Source: a virus
Lineage: Duplodnaviria; Caudoviricetes
IMG/VR virus record: IMGVR_UViG_3300002835_000122
Coordinates: 1 to 64,000 of that record
Length of the DNA: 64,000 bases
Reading direction: 5' to 3' (one strand)
Shown here: positions 1 through 9,849 of the stretch, one piece after another
How the letters are laid out: the number at the start of each line of letters is the position of its first letter
Numbering within the stretch: position 1 is the stretch's first letter
Made by a program: the position numbers and the translations under genes
Notes under the pieces: generated by a model
Told to the model about the DNA's origin: nothing
What the model saw: the letters and a program-made list of their open reading frames with translations, nothing else
Databases searched by the model: none

Positions 1-633
1 TTAGAGAGCTTTAGCGGAAGGAACTCCATTGAATTCTTTGACCTTTTCACGACCGTAATCTCCAGTAGTATTTGCCTGACCATAGCCAGCAACAAATACT
101 ACAGTACTAGTGACGCCATTGAATTGACTTGGCTGAAAGAATCCGAATGAGGCCGGTGCGCCAGCAGCATCTGTGCGCTGAGCATGGCCGGTGTTCGCAA
201 AAATGTCAGCGGAAGGAACGCCGTCAAATATATAGTTATCATACAGGGCGTACGCATTAAATCTATTGTGTGCGTGTCCAAACGTTGAAGGGAATGCAGA
301 TGCGCCAGCTAAGCCTTTGTATTCTTTCGGCTTAAATCTAGCTCCATCGTAGGTAGCAGAACCATCAGGGAACGTGCCTGAAAGAGGGTGCACATATAGC
401 GTAGATCCATTAAATAACTGGGACAGGAATCTGTTTCCAGGGAATTGACCGGTGCCAGGAGCAAAATGATTGTCTGGCGCACCATCTAGAACGTGACTGG
501 TGCTATACAATGGATAGAAAGAATATGTACCAGTACCCTTGACTTTGCCGGTCATTGAGACATATGGGTTGACCATTCCAGCTGTTGTTCTGCCCTTTAA
601 TACTGGTCTGGGCCCTTGGTAAAACGTTGCCAT
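1..633 (-). CDS. Hypothetical protein, probably virion-associated (210 aa, Gly/aromatic-rich)
   Basis: Complete ORF with TAA at 1-3, AGGAG Shine-Dalgarno and a TACTATA motif upstream; lies at the end of the structural operon; no recognisable family motif. Confidence 0.6.
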   Translation of the reverse strand: MATFYQGPRPVLKGRTTAGMVNPYVSMTGKVKGTGTYSFYPLYSTSHVLDGAPDNHFAPGTGQFPGNRFLSQLFNGSTLYVHPLSGTFPDGSATYDGARFKPKEYKGLAGASAFPSTFGHAHNRFNAYALYDNYIFDGVPSADIFANTGHAQRTDAAGAPASFGFFQPSQFNGVTSTVVFVAGYGQANTTGDYGREKVKEFNGVPSAKAL

Positions 634-661
634 TTATTTTCTCCTTATAAAAAGATACGTG

Positions 662-675
662 TCTTTATAGTACAC
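662..675 (-). promoter_or_regulatory. Putative phage late promoter (GTGTACTATAAAGA)
   Basis: Near-identical to 53606-53620 (GTGTTACTATAAAGA) upstream of the sheath gene; intergenic, about 30 nt before the ATG at 633. Confidence 0.55.
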
Positions 676-696
676 CTAAAATGTTTTTTTTAAACC

Positions 697-1950
697 TTAG
701 TTGTATTGAATAATTAAATCAGACAAAACTGGTGCTGTTGTGTCATTTGCCACATTTAAAGTAACTTCAATCCATACATGGTTATTTGCTCCTGGATTGT
801 CCAAACTATAGGTCCCCCCATCATCATATATGATCCTATAGTCAAAAACGTTACTAATTTGACTTAATGGAACATTATATATTTTTGGAGTAACGCTAGT
901 TATTTCATTTATAACATCACCAGATATTGGGGTGTATTTTATTATAGTTCTTCCAGTGGGTAGGAATTTATCATATCTTATATCTAGGTCTGAAAGACCA
1001 TAGGTATATATGTAATTTCCAAGCTCTGTAAAGTAATTCTTTTGATTAAACTTTACTCTTATAGCAGTAACTTCTGTTTCTGGGAATTGATAACATAGGG
1101 GGCCCGAGTTCTTTACTGAGTCTGCCCCTGAGGTATTCCATCCTCCAGGAGCAACTTTTCCGATCGCCGAAAGATCACCATCATAATAGCCATTCGAATT
1201 AAGGGGTATCCATATATCACTATTTGATAATGTTGGATCTGGCCTAGTGGTGTATTCTATTGAGAATATTTCCACACCAAATGATGGAAATGGATTTAAT
1301 TTTATTGTATTCGTTTTAGACGATCCTGCAATTTCCGAAGATACTTTTATGTACATCATCATTTGAGCACCGGTGATAGGATTGCTATTGGAAACTATTG
1401 TTCTTTTCCACACCTTATCCTGAGAGTCTAAAATGCAGTTATATATAGGTGTTGAGTCTATGGTGGCTCCATTTGTATCTACTCCAGTAAATGTAAGATC
1501 TAGCATCGCCTTGAAATAGTCGGGAACGATTTGCCCAACACCCGGCTGCCCAAATTTAAGCTTAGAGAAAGATCCGCTAGAAACCTTAGGCAGAGATATG
1601 ACATTGTATGTTGGATCAAAACTTAATAGTTCAGTTCCTGATACAGCAAAACTGCTACCGATAAAACTAGAATAATCTAGCTGTGAAAAAGAATGAATAG
1701 ATAGAGTATTACTTTCGGACTCTAGTGCCTTGATTCTGTCAGAAATATCATTAATGGCGTTTGCCAAAAAGGTGTGATCTTTAAGAACGCGCTCAAAAGC
1801 TGCCGACAACTTTGTGTCAACCATATTTGATTTATTATACAGATACACCAAATCTTGATAGTTCTCTTCTATTCTAGAATTGTAATCAGAGCTATCAACA
1901 GGGCCGTTGTACTTGTAATCTCTTTTTTTAGTTTTTAAAATGTCTGACAT
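697..1950 (-). CDS. Baseplate/tail structural protein (417 aa)
   Basis: N-terminal KYNGPVDSSDYN...DLVYLYN helical motif, beta-rich body and C-terminal APVLSDLIIQY, shared in pattern with neighbouring ORFs; baseplate context. Confidence 0.6.
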   Translation of the reverse strand: MSDILKTKKRDYKYNGPVDSSDYNSRIEENYQDLVYLYNKSNMVDTKLSAAFERVLKDHTFLANAINDISDRIKALESESNTLSIHSFSQLDYSSFIGSSFAVSGTELLSFDPTYNVISLPKVSSGSFSKLKFGQPGVGQIVPDYFKAMLDLTFTGVDTNGATIDSTPIYNCILDSQDKVWKRTIVSNSNPITGAQMMMYIKVSSEIAGSSKTNTIKLNPFPSFGVEIFSIEYTTRPDPTLSNSDIWIPLNSNGYYDGDLSAIGKVAPGGWNTSGADSVKNSGPLCYQFPETEVTAIRVKFNQKNYFTELGNYIYTYGLSDLDIRYDKFLPTGRTIIKYTPISGDVINEITSVTPKIYNVPLSQISNVFDYRIIYDDGGTYSLDNPGANNHVWIEVTLNVANDTTAPVLSDLIIQYN

Positions 1951-1951
1951 T

Positions 1952-2347
1952 TCAGTTACCGTTTTCTAATAGTGAAACTTTATAAAATAATCTAGCCAGC
2001 TTTCCGCTGAGCTTATTCATGGTGTCAACCTCAAGTAAATTTTCGGTAGCGCCTGGTGCATCTATATAAATACTTATTCCCTCTAGGGCGTAACTTGTTC
2101 CGTCTTCTAACTTTGCAACTTGGTCATAATCGTTTACGCTACCAATAAAATAATTTAACTTATTTAAAATGTCTAGATCTACCGTTGTAAGTTCATCTAG
2201 TATTCTTGAAAAATCAATTTTTAATAAATTACTTTCTAGATTCTCAGACAAACTATTTCTTGAAGATTTAAATTTAGTTCTATTAAGCTGGAATAATGGT
2301 TCTCTAATTCTATTCTTATTTTCAATTTTATTAAAAGTTATAGCCAT
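1952..2347 (-). CDS. Small structural protein (131 aa), N-terminus related to the adjacent baseplate paralogues
   Basis: RTKFKSSRNSLSENLESNLLKIDF resembles the N-terminal motif of 697..1950; tightly packed in the operon. Confidence 0.55.
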   Translation of the reverse strand: MAITFNKIENKNRIREPLFQLNRTKFKSSRNSLSENLESNLLKIDFSRILDELTTVDLDILNKLNYFIGSVNDYDQVAKLEDGTSYALEGISIYIDAPGATENLLEVDTMNKLSGKLARLFYKVSLLENGN

Positions 2348-2348
2348 T

Positions 2349-4493
2349 TTAACCTTCTTCGTTGTGTTTAAATTTAACTCTTACACTATCTATTGACGGA
2401 GACACCAATGGATTATCTGATCTATATAGATCTGCTCTATATCGAACTGCACTAACCGGCTTAGTTACCTCTGAGTAATATTTGATTTGAGAGACTCCAT
2501 ATAAATACTGCGATGAAATTATTTCTCTAGAACCAAAAACATTATCTATTGTAAATACAAATGAAGAATTGGAAACGCGCTGTCTAAATTCATATGGATC
2601 TAGATAGCTATAATAGTCTAAAAATAAAGTTCCGTAATCAGATATTGACTTTCCAGACATTATATTAAAAGTAATTAATCCTTCAAAGTTTTTATCATAA
2701 ACAATTTTTATGAAGTTTATTCCCTTTTTGAAATCCCACTGAACATCTTTGCTTAATGTACCAGAGGGAAGATCTGCTATTAGAGTATCATTCAGATATA
2801 TTGCTAGATTAAAATCTTCTCTACTTTTTGTTACGACGTGTACTGCAGAGTTTTCTGCATCACAGTTGATCTTACCGTCCAGTAGACCAGAGCATATACT
2901 ATTAAATCCTGGACTAATAGAACTAAGCTGATTTGTTATTGGAGAACTAGTAGTTACATCTGACGTATTAGCCGTGTTTATTTTTTCACTCCACACGTTT
3001 AAGGCTTTGTATATCTCCACTGCATTTACGGATGCGGATCTAATTATTGCATAGTTCTTAAATGAGTTTATCCCAGATAAAATGAAAGGCTGCTTAATAA
3101 CTTCTACGCCGGCCACCGCTATTCTATAAACGTTTTTATTGAAATATATAGAGGTGCTAGGGTTTAATTCATTTATGTTAGCGGATGTTGTATTTAAATC
3201 GATTAGCTCAAATCCACCTTTATTCTGCCCACCGTCCTCTATAGTTTTCATAGATTTAGTTGAGGATTGTAGGTTAACCGATGTTGGATTCGAATTATTA
3301 TTTGCATTGATTGGATCAATTGCTATCCAGTTAAAGTTTTCTACCCCCACTGCAGAAGGATTATCTACCGCAACAAAATAACTTACGTCATATCCAGATC
3401 CAACTTGATGTTCTACATCTAAGGCTATGGATTCTATCGTAAGCAGTCCGTTGTCAGTTTGTGGAATTGATAGTGGCCTAGAGATTAAGGTTGCTCTCTT
3501 ATCGTGATACTTTGCTCCTATGAAAAAATCTCTTAAACCAAAATCATATATATAAGGCTTATCGGAATCATTTGAAGTTTCATCAGGGTATGTTTTAAAT
3601 AATGTTAGTTTAACTTTAGAATACTTTAGGGGGTTGAAAGTAAAGGAAAATCTATCATAATCATTTCTTGAGTCTTTAATTTTTATTTGCTCTGGAATTG
3701 AAATGTCGTTAGGGGTCATGGTGACAATTACAGTAGTTGGACTTCCGGTCAAGAGGGTTCCCTCAATCTTAGATACTGTAAAATTATTATTAATTGGAAT
3801 GTCTATGTCCATTGAAACTATAGACATATTTGCAGATTTATATCTATAGCTCCAGTATGTATCTGTTAAGCCATCTAAAACATTGTCAAAATCATTTACG
3901 GAAGAATTACTGTAAACTTCATTGCCATTTTCCAATATTGAAACCTTTACGGATTGAAGATTGACTACGGATGAAGATATCATATCAAATATGCCAGAGC
4001 TAATTTTGGGAATAGTTACATTTCCTATAGATGTATCTACGAAAGCATTCGTGAGCGACATGTCTATATTGGTTGTATTGGAAAAATTATCTATAAAAGA
4101 ATAAAAAAATCCATCTGAATTTAGATTAGAAAATATTAACTGATCGACTTTACCTTCTAATTCTCTTCTTTTTGTTTTTAAATTTGACAATCTTTTATTT
4201 AACGATGTTATTGTTGACATTAACTCATAGTTGTTTTCGTTAATGCACTCATATAGTATTTCTAGATTAAATAAAGAATTAATCATAAGCTCATTAAGAT
4301 CAGAATGACTGATAAAATTTGACAAACTTATAGCATTATAGTCTACAGAAACGGGAAGGCCTAATTTATTACTTGAAAAGTATGTATTAAATATTTTTCT
4401 AATTTCTTCTTCTGAGGGTCTATTTCCTGAAGAGTAAAATAATTTATATATGTTATTTAAAAATTTTCTCTTTTGTATTGTTGCTATATTCAT
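2349..4493 (-). CDS. Baseplate/tail structural protein (714 aa)
   Basis: N-terminal coiled coil (LNKRLSNLKTKRRELEGKVDQL), discoidin-like DNVLDGLTDTYW, C-terminal SPSIDSVRVKF; ATGA overlap with the upstream gene. Confidence 0.6.
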   Translation of the reverse strand: MNIATIQKRKFLNNIYKLFYSSGNRPSEEEIRKIFNTYFSSNKLGLPVSVDYNAISLSNFISHSDLNELMINSLFNLEILYECINENNYELMSTITSLNKRLSNLKTKRRELEGKVDQLIFSNLNSDGFFYSFIDNFSNTTNIDMSLTNAFVDTSIGNVTIPKISSGIFDMISSSVVNLQSVKVSILENGNEVYSNSSVNDFDNVLDGLTDTYWSYRYKSANMSIVSMDIDIPINNNFTVSKIEGTLLTGSPTTVIVTMTPNDISIPEQIKIKDSRNDYDRFSFTFNPLKYSKVKLTLFKTYPDETSNDSDKPYIYDFGLRDFFIGAKYHDKRATLISRPLSIPQTDNGLLTIESIALDVEHQVGSGYDVSYFVAVDNPSAVGVENFNWIAIDPINANNNSNPTSVNLQSSTKSMKTIEDGGQNKGGFELIDLNTTSANINELNPSTSIYFNKNVYRIAVAGVEVIKQPFILSGINSFKNYAIIRSASVNAVEIYKALNVWSEKINTANTSDVTTSSPITNQLSSISPGFNSICSGLLDGKINCDAENSAVHVVTKSREDFNLAIYLNDTLIADLPSGTLSKDVQWDFKKGINFIKIVYDKNFEGLITFNIMSGKSISDYGTLFLDYYSYLDPYEFRQRVSNSSFVFTIDNVFGSREIISSQYLYGVSQIKYYSEVTKPVSAVRYRADLYRSDNPLVSPSIDSVRVKFKHNEEG

Positions 4494-7234
4494 GATCTTT
4501 TGACCTTAGCTATTAGTTGATAAGAGTATATGCTTGGAGTAAAGTTTAGCTTATTCTTTTTAGTTATTTTTATTTTAACTAGAATATTTCTTACCTCTCT
4601 CGGCACTGCGGGATAAGTAAGATATGAAGCTCCGGAAAGTCTATACTCATTTAGTACTGACTGATTGAAGAACAAAACTTCTGGTATGCCTGAGAAGTCC
4701 AATTGTATAGGAGATATTTGAATCCAGTTATTGCCTCCGTCTACAGAGATGTATCCTAGTAGGGATATATTTTTTAACATAGCTTCGTCAATATTGGAAT
4801 CGATACTTAGCATCGCTGATTCCACTGGAAAGTCAAAGTTAAACGGCAGAGAAACAATCTCTAATTGAGAATTAAATATTTCTTTGTAAACTTCTATATC
4901 TCTTAGGCCTATACACCAACGTTTAGCTGGATATCTTTCTTTGGCTGATTGCACCCTAACTGAATACGTTTTTATTCTTTCTTGCGCGGTAAAAGATTTC
5001 TCGACTACAGACATTGAATTTACTGTACTTCCGTCATCCAGTAGCGTTGGACCAATATTTGTAACCGTTAAAGTTAAATTATTTTCTGGTACCGTACCAC
5101 CAAGGCTTGTTCCAGGAATAGTAATGGTATCCCCTATGGCGTAGCCGGTACCATATTGAGTCATTGTGACTGTTGTGTTTCCACTGTAACTTGCGCTTGA
5201 CCCAGTTTTAGTAATAGTAAATATTGCGTTAGTGCCAGTTCCGCTGGTGGCGCTTTGCATAACTCCAGGATAAGCTGTCGCTCTAGTTGCAACTGTTAGA
5301 GTCAAGTCATTCGCGGGTGTTGCGCCACCAAGGTTTGTTCCAAGAATGGTGATCGTATCCCCTACGGCGTAGTTGGAACCACCATTAGTTATTGTAACTG
5401 TTATGTTACCACTGTAAGCGGTGCCAGAACCAGTTTTAACAATATTAAATACTGCTCCAGTACCAGTTCCGCTGGTGGCGCTTTGGGATCTTGCAATATA
5501 GGTTGCTTCAGCCGTGACGCTGGTTCCAGAAGCGGTAAATGTTGTAGCCCCTTGAACTAGAGCAGACTTGGTAATACTGGTTCCTGTAGCAGTAAATGTT
5601 GTGCCAGCTGGAACTAGGGCAGTATGGGACATATAAAGATCCATTAAATCGTCAAAATCTTTTTGAGCTGCGTTCATTGTGTCATAGTTTTTATTTTTTA
5701 TTTCATCTTCAGAATATTCTATTGACGATAGGAAGTATGCGGTCTTAATAACATTACCTGTTCCTAGCTCAAATTCAGAGTCCCATCTTTCAAAGTAAAC
5801 TTTTTCCTGCACATTTAATGGACTAGTTAAGGTTAGTTCTATAACATAAAATTTTCTTGCTACTGGTTTCTTTTTTATTGAAACATTAATAGTTTTAGCT
5901 GCGGATCCCAGTCTAGAATACTCTGTTGGATTAGACTGTGTGGGCAGTAGGTTGTATTTGTTGTATTCAACTTTTTCGTATATATCTTTACTCAGTGCAT
6001 CTGGATTAAATCTTTCCAAATTTACAAAAGGATTATTTCTATTCGATGCTGTTGGCTTCCAGTATAAGTGTTGAATATCTATATTGGAATACTCTGGCTG
6101 TGTAAAAGAGACTTGAATTTTAAAAACTTGTCTTTCCGAAAATCTTATTGTTGCTTTATCGTAGAAGTATGATTTAGCCATTTGTAGATTTAGTGGGACA
6201 AGTGAAGACCCTATGTATATGGGAGATTTAAGAATTTGCTCTGAAACCCCATCCTTACCGTATACTATTACACTGCTAACTTCTACATATTTCATAGAGC
6301 CAAAATATGGAGTAATGTCTATGCTATTTGCAACAGCACTGCTTGAGGATGCCAATTCCAAGTCAAGAACTAAAGGCTCATTCACTTGATGGTTTGACCA
6401 ATCTACTAAATCACCCTCTCCGGTTTTTGAGCTGCTAAATTCTGATTTAAGATATTTAAATTCATTTTGTCTTGCCGGAATAGATGGCTTAGGTGATGGG
6501 TTATTTTTGTCTACATTCAATGCTTCATATTCAAAGTAACTTAAAGGATTGGAATCTTTTATGCTGGTAAGATTATTCAATGTAGAGCTATTCTCAAATA
6601 CATATTTATAATCGCTACTTTGCTCAGCGTCTAGTGACTTGACTACCTGGTGGCTATTACCTATAAATCCTCCAGAGCTTAGTACTTTTACTAAATTTGC
6701 GTTCCATTTTTGAGTAGCTGATACTGAAAGGCTCATTATTCCATTTTTAATTAATGGATTAAATCCAGCTTGTATTTTTGAGTAATCTATTGAGTCGTCG
6801 TTATCAAAAGAGTCACCAACATAAAATATGTCATCAGCTGGGCTCCTAGAATACATCTGTAGGATCTTTGCTTTTGAAGCTATTCGTTCAGAAAATCTTT
6901 TTTCATTTTCTATTTCTTTTGTAAATAAATTGAACACACTAATAGATTTAGCATTTAATGAGTCTATTTGACCGGCAGCTATGTTAATGTCTGATGCAGA
7001 GCCTTCGAAAAATAAATTAACCTTTGAAGATATGGGTGGCTCCCCCTTAATGAAGGGGTCGTACTGAGTTAGCGGTGCGCCCATTTGTTGTTGCACCTCT
7101 GTTAAGATTTTTGAATATTCACTAGCTATTTCTTCTTTGGAAAAAATTCCTCTAGAATTTACTACGTTAATTAACCTATCTACTTTAATTAAAAGCTGCT
7201 GATAAGATAGTAGGTTTGGGGATAATTGTGTCAT
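4490..7234 (-). CDS. Baseplate/tail structural protein with an inserted tandem beta-repeat adhesin-like module (914 aa)
   Basis: Same N/C-terminal architecture as neighbours (YISVDGGNNWIQI, TPSIYSYQL) plus Thr/Gly-rich repeats at about 5060-5610. Confidence 0.6.
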   Translation of the reverse strand: MTQLSPNLLSYQQLLIKVDRLINVVNSRGIFSKEEIASEYSKILTEVQQQMGAPLTQYDPFIKGEPPISSKVNLFFEGSASDINIAAGQIDSLNAKSISVFNLFTKEIENEKRFSERIASKAKILQMYSRSPADDIFYVGDSFDNDDSIDYSKIQAGFNPLIKNGIMSLSVSATQKWNANLVKVLSSGGFIGNSHQVVKSLDAEQSSDYKYVFENSSTLNNLTSIKDSNPLSYFEYEALNVDKNNPSPKPSIPARQNEFKYLKSEFSSSKTGEGDLVDWSNHQVNEPLVLDLELASSSSAVANSIDITPYFGSMKYVEVSSVIVYGKDGVSEQILKSPIYIGSSLVPLNLQMAKSYFYDKATIRFSERQVFKIQVSFTQPEYSNIDIQHLYWKPTASNRNNPFVNLERFNPDALSKDIYEKVEYNKYNLLPTQSNPTEYSRLGSAAKTINVSIKKKPVARKFYVIELTLTSPLNVQEKVYFERWDSEFELGTGNVIKTAYFLSSIEYSEDEIKNKNYDTMNAAQKDFDDLMDLYMSHTALVPAGTTFTATGTSITKSALVQGATTFTASGTSVTAEATYIARSQSATSGTGTGAVFNIVKTGSGTAYSGNITVTITNGGSNYAVGDTITILGTNLGGATPANDLTLTVATRATAYPGVMQSATSGTGTNAIFTITKTGSSASYSGNTTVTMTQYGTGYAIGDTITIPGTSLGGTVPENNLTLTVTNIGPTLLDDGSTVNSMSVVEKSFTAQERIKTYSVRVQSAKERYPAKRWCIGLRDIEVYKEIFNSQLEIVSLPFNFDFPVESAMLSIDSNIDEAMLKNISLLGYISVDGGNNWIQISPIQLDFSGIPEVLFFNQSVLNEYRLSGASYLTYPAVPREVRNILVKIKITKKNKLNFTPSIYSYQLIAKVKRS
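5060..5610 (-). repeat. Intragenic tandem duplication (two ~76-aa units) plus a shorter GxTTFTAxGTS duplication
   Basis: Identical DNA ccagttccgctggtggcgctttg at 5235 and 5463 (228 nt apart); protein units QSATSGTGT...GDTITI.GT.LGG..P.N.LTLTV. Confidence 0.85.
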
Positions 7235-7244
7235 AAGAGTCTCT

Positions 7245-9848
7245 TTATCTGAAGGTAGAATTTAACTTATCATAATAAGAATCATAATTTATTGTTTTCA
7301 TCTTTAGTACCAGGCTATCAATAGATATTGGATCTGTTGATTCAGCTATATTCTTTCTTAAGATTATTCTAAATCTTAAATCGTTAGGGACATACTGGTA
7401 GTCTACTTTAAATGGGGTATTTATATTTTTATTAAAAATGATTCCTTGACCGCTGTGAATAAATATAGTGTTATTAGTTTGAAAAAATTCATTTTTTTGA
7501 GAGCTAGAAGTATAGTTAGTTATATTTAAGGCATAAGATCCATCTGACAATTGAACCCTTACTGGAGAGTAGCCGGAAAAATTACCCGTAAAACTAGTAC
7601 CGACAGACCTGCTGTAGAATGCATTGGCGGCTGCGCCCTTATTGATATAAGGCGCATACGACAATCTTACATACGAATTAGGGTCAGTTTGTTTGAATTG
7701 TTCACCTGGACCATTTTCTGTTCCAAATGATTTAACAGATTCAAGGAATATGTTTTGTCTAATAAAATCAATTTCATTGGGCGCAGCCGAAGAATAATCC
7801 AAGGAGTAGCTAGCTATATATGTATCTACTGGATTGAAGGTTTCACTAGATAGGGTAATTGTTTTATTTGAACTAGAATAAGAATAACTAACAGATCCTC
7901 GTGGCATGAGTGTTCCGTTTTTATATATGTTAATAGAGTTAGCTATAGCGTTGAAGCGAATAGTTGCTTTTTTTGAAGCTGGATCAAAAAATAACATTTC
8001 AGACTCTATAGATGAAAAGCCATAAGGTGCTATTGGAGTCCAATCAGATTCCCTATTTGGAATCGGCTTATTGGATATCGAAAGTTCATAAGACGCTGGA
8101 GATTTAAGATCTAATTGAGAAGACATAACGGATAATGAATTTGTTGCCTGATTTATTTTTGCTTTTACTGCCGTTATTTGTCCGTCTATTGGGATTTTTT
8201 TACTAATAAAAACTGCTTTATTACTCTCCGCATTTAAAGTTTCAATTAACTCTATAGATTTTAGGGAAAAAGTATATTCATAAGAGTTTTCAGATTCTAT
8301 AACCTGTGAATTATTTACTGCATTCACGTTGGGAAATGAAATTATTGGATTAAAAAATTGATTTGTATAATCAGATATTTGATTTGAGGAATTGTATTGG
8401 CCAAATCCAGCTTGATCAAGACTACTTACAGATCTGCTGCTTATCCCCTTTTCTGTATACTTTGTATTGTCAAAAATATTTAACTTTCCAGAAAAACTGT
8501 CTAACATAGTATTCATGAGATTTATGAATATTGGAGTATTGGAGAAGATATTTCTATCTTCCATCACCAAAGAATTAAAATCTTTAATCTGATCACCTAA
8601 TGTAGAAATATAAGAATCAAACTCAGATGGGAATCTATATGTATAGTAATCATTATCTGAATATTTGTTTTTGGATAAACCAGAAACTGTATTTTTTCTA
8701 GAAAAAAACCAATAAACTATATCTTGAAATTTGCTAAATCTTTTTGTTCTATCATTAATTATTTGCTTAACAAAAGAATCTAAAACTTTTGAGTTTAGTT
8801 CTGAGACTAAAGGAGTTTTATTTGATCTTATGTAATTTGATTGATTAAATAAAAATATAATCTTTTTTACATTCTTTTTATCAAATCTTAATTCAAAGAC
8901 TCCATTAATTAATTTTGGCCGATCTAACAAAGTAGTGTAAACCTCTGCTGAATTTAAATTATTTGATTGTTCTGGAGAGTTGTGGAACAATACCACTTGA
9001 AGTAGTTGGAAATTATTAGATTCATTTGGGTTAAATCTGATTGTATCAATATTTATACTTCGTTGCAAATCAACTTCCGCAGATGTGACTGCTCCTTTGA
9101 TTAGAGTGTAATCATATTCAATATATTTTAAAGATTTTTTAATTTGAGAGTCTAATATAACTGGACTCTTAACTGTAATGCTCCATGAATCTGAGAAATT
9201 ATCATTAAACAAATTAAAAAAATCATTGTTAGTAGTTATATAATTATCGTAATTGGTTTCAATATTTATATTTTTAATATTTCTAATTATATTTTTAACA
9301 TCTTGAGAGCTACCTATCTTAAATACGCCTAAAGAACTGTCAATAAAAGCGTTCCCATTCTCCCCAAAGGCAATATTGTCCCTATCGGGAATAGTGAGAG
9401 TTACATTGTCTGATCTATAATCATTAATAAAGCTATCAAATTTTTCTATATAGTTAGCATTAAAGAGGTCGTCTTTGCCTGAAATGAATTCATAATTATC
9501 AATAAATAATTCCAATTTATCTAAGTCAGTCTGAACTTTATCTATTTCCGAAGAAAAAATATCCACCATAGATGCTAATACTAAACCGTTTGCATTTGCT
9601 GCGGAGAATAATTGTTGCTCTCTTAAGAATAAATTTCTAAATGAATCAATTAATATTTCTTTTGAGATCACAGAAAATGCTGGTATGCGAGCAGCTGAGA
9701 AATTCCTGTCGATTACATTGCTATTCATTTTGTTTATTAACGTTGGCAGGTCTGCTTTAGAGACCTTCATGTTTCTAATTAAAGAAGAAATACTAGCTCT
9801 AGTTGAGGAGGAGTATTGATTTATTGTTTCTGGTAAATAATTTAACAT
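7245..9848 (-). CDS. Baseplate/tail structural protein (867 aa)
   Basis: N-terminal helical region, beta-rich body, C-terminal LRFRIILRKN...PISIDSLVLKMK resembling neighbours; very AT-rich. Confidence 0.6.
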   Translation of the reverse strand: MLNYLPETINQYSSSTRASISSLIRNMKVSKADLPTLINKMNSNVIDRNFSAARIPAFSVISKEILIDSFRNLFLREQQLFSAANANGLVLASMVDIFSSEIDKVQTDLDKLELFIDNYEFISGKDDLFNANYIEKFDSFINDYRSDNVTLTIPDRDNIAFGENGNAFIDSSLGVFKIGSSQDVKNIIRNIKNINIETNYDNYITTNNDFFNLFNDNFSDSWSITVKSPVILDSQIKKSLKYIEYDYTLIKGAVTSAEVDLQRSINIDTIRFNPNESNNFQLLQVVLFHNSPEQSNNLNSAEVYTTLLDRPKLINGVFELRFDKKNVKKIIFLFNQSNYIRSNKTPLVSELNSKVLDSFVKQIINDRTKRFSKFQDIVYWFFSRKNTVSGLSKNKYSDNDYYTYRFPSEFDSYISTLGDQIKDFNSLVMEDRNIFSNTPIFINLMNTMLDSFSGKLNIFDNTKYTEKGISSRSVSSLDQAGFGQYNSSNQISDYTNQFFNPIISFPNVNAVNNSQVIESENSYEYTFSLKSIELIETLNAESNKAVFISKKIPIDGQITAVKAKINQATNSLSVMSSQLDLKSPASYELSISNKPIPNRESDWTPIAPYGFSSIESEMLFFDPASKKATIRFNAIANSINIYKNGTLMPRGSVSYSYSSSNKTITLSSETFNPVDTYIASYSLDYSSAAPNEIDFIRQNIFLESVKSFGTENGPGEQFKQTDPNSYVRLSYAPYINKGAAANAFYSRSVGTSFTGNFSGYSPVRVQLSDGSYALNITNYTSSSQKNEFFQTNNTIFIHSGQGIIFNKNINTPFKVDYQYVPNDLRFRIILRKNIAESTDPISIDSLVLKMKTINYDSYYDKLNSTFR

Positions 9849-9849
9849 T

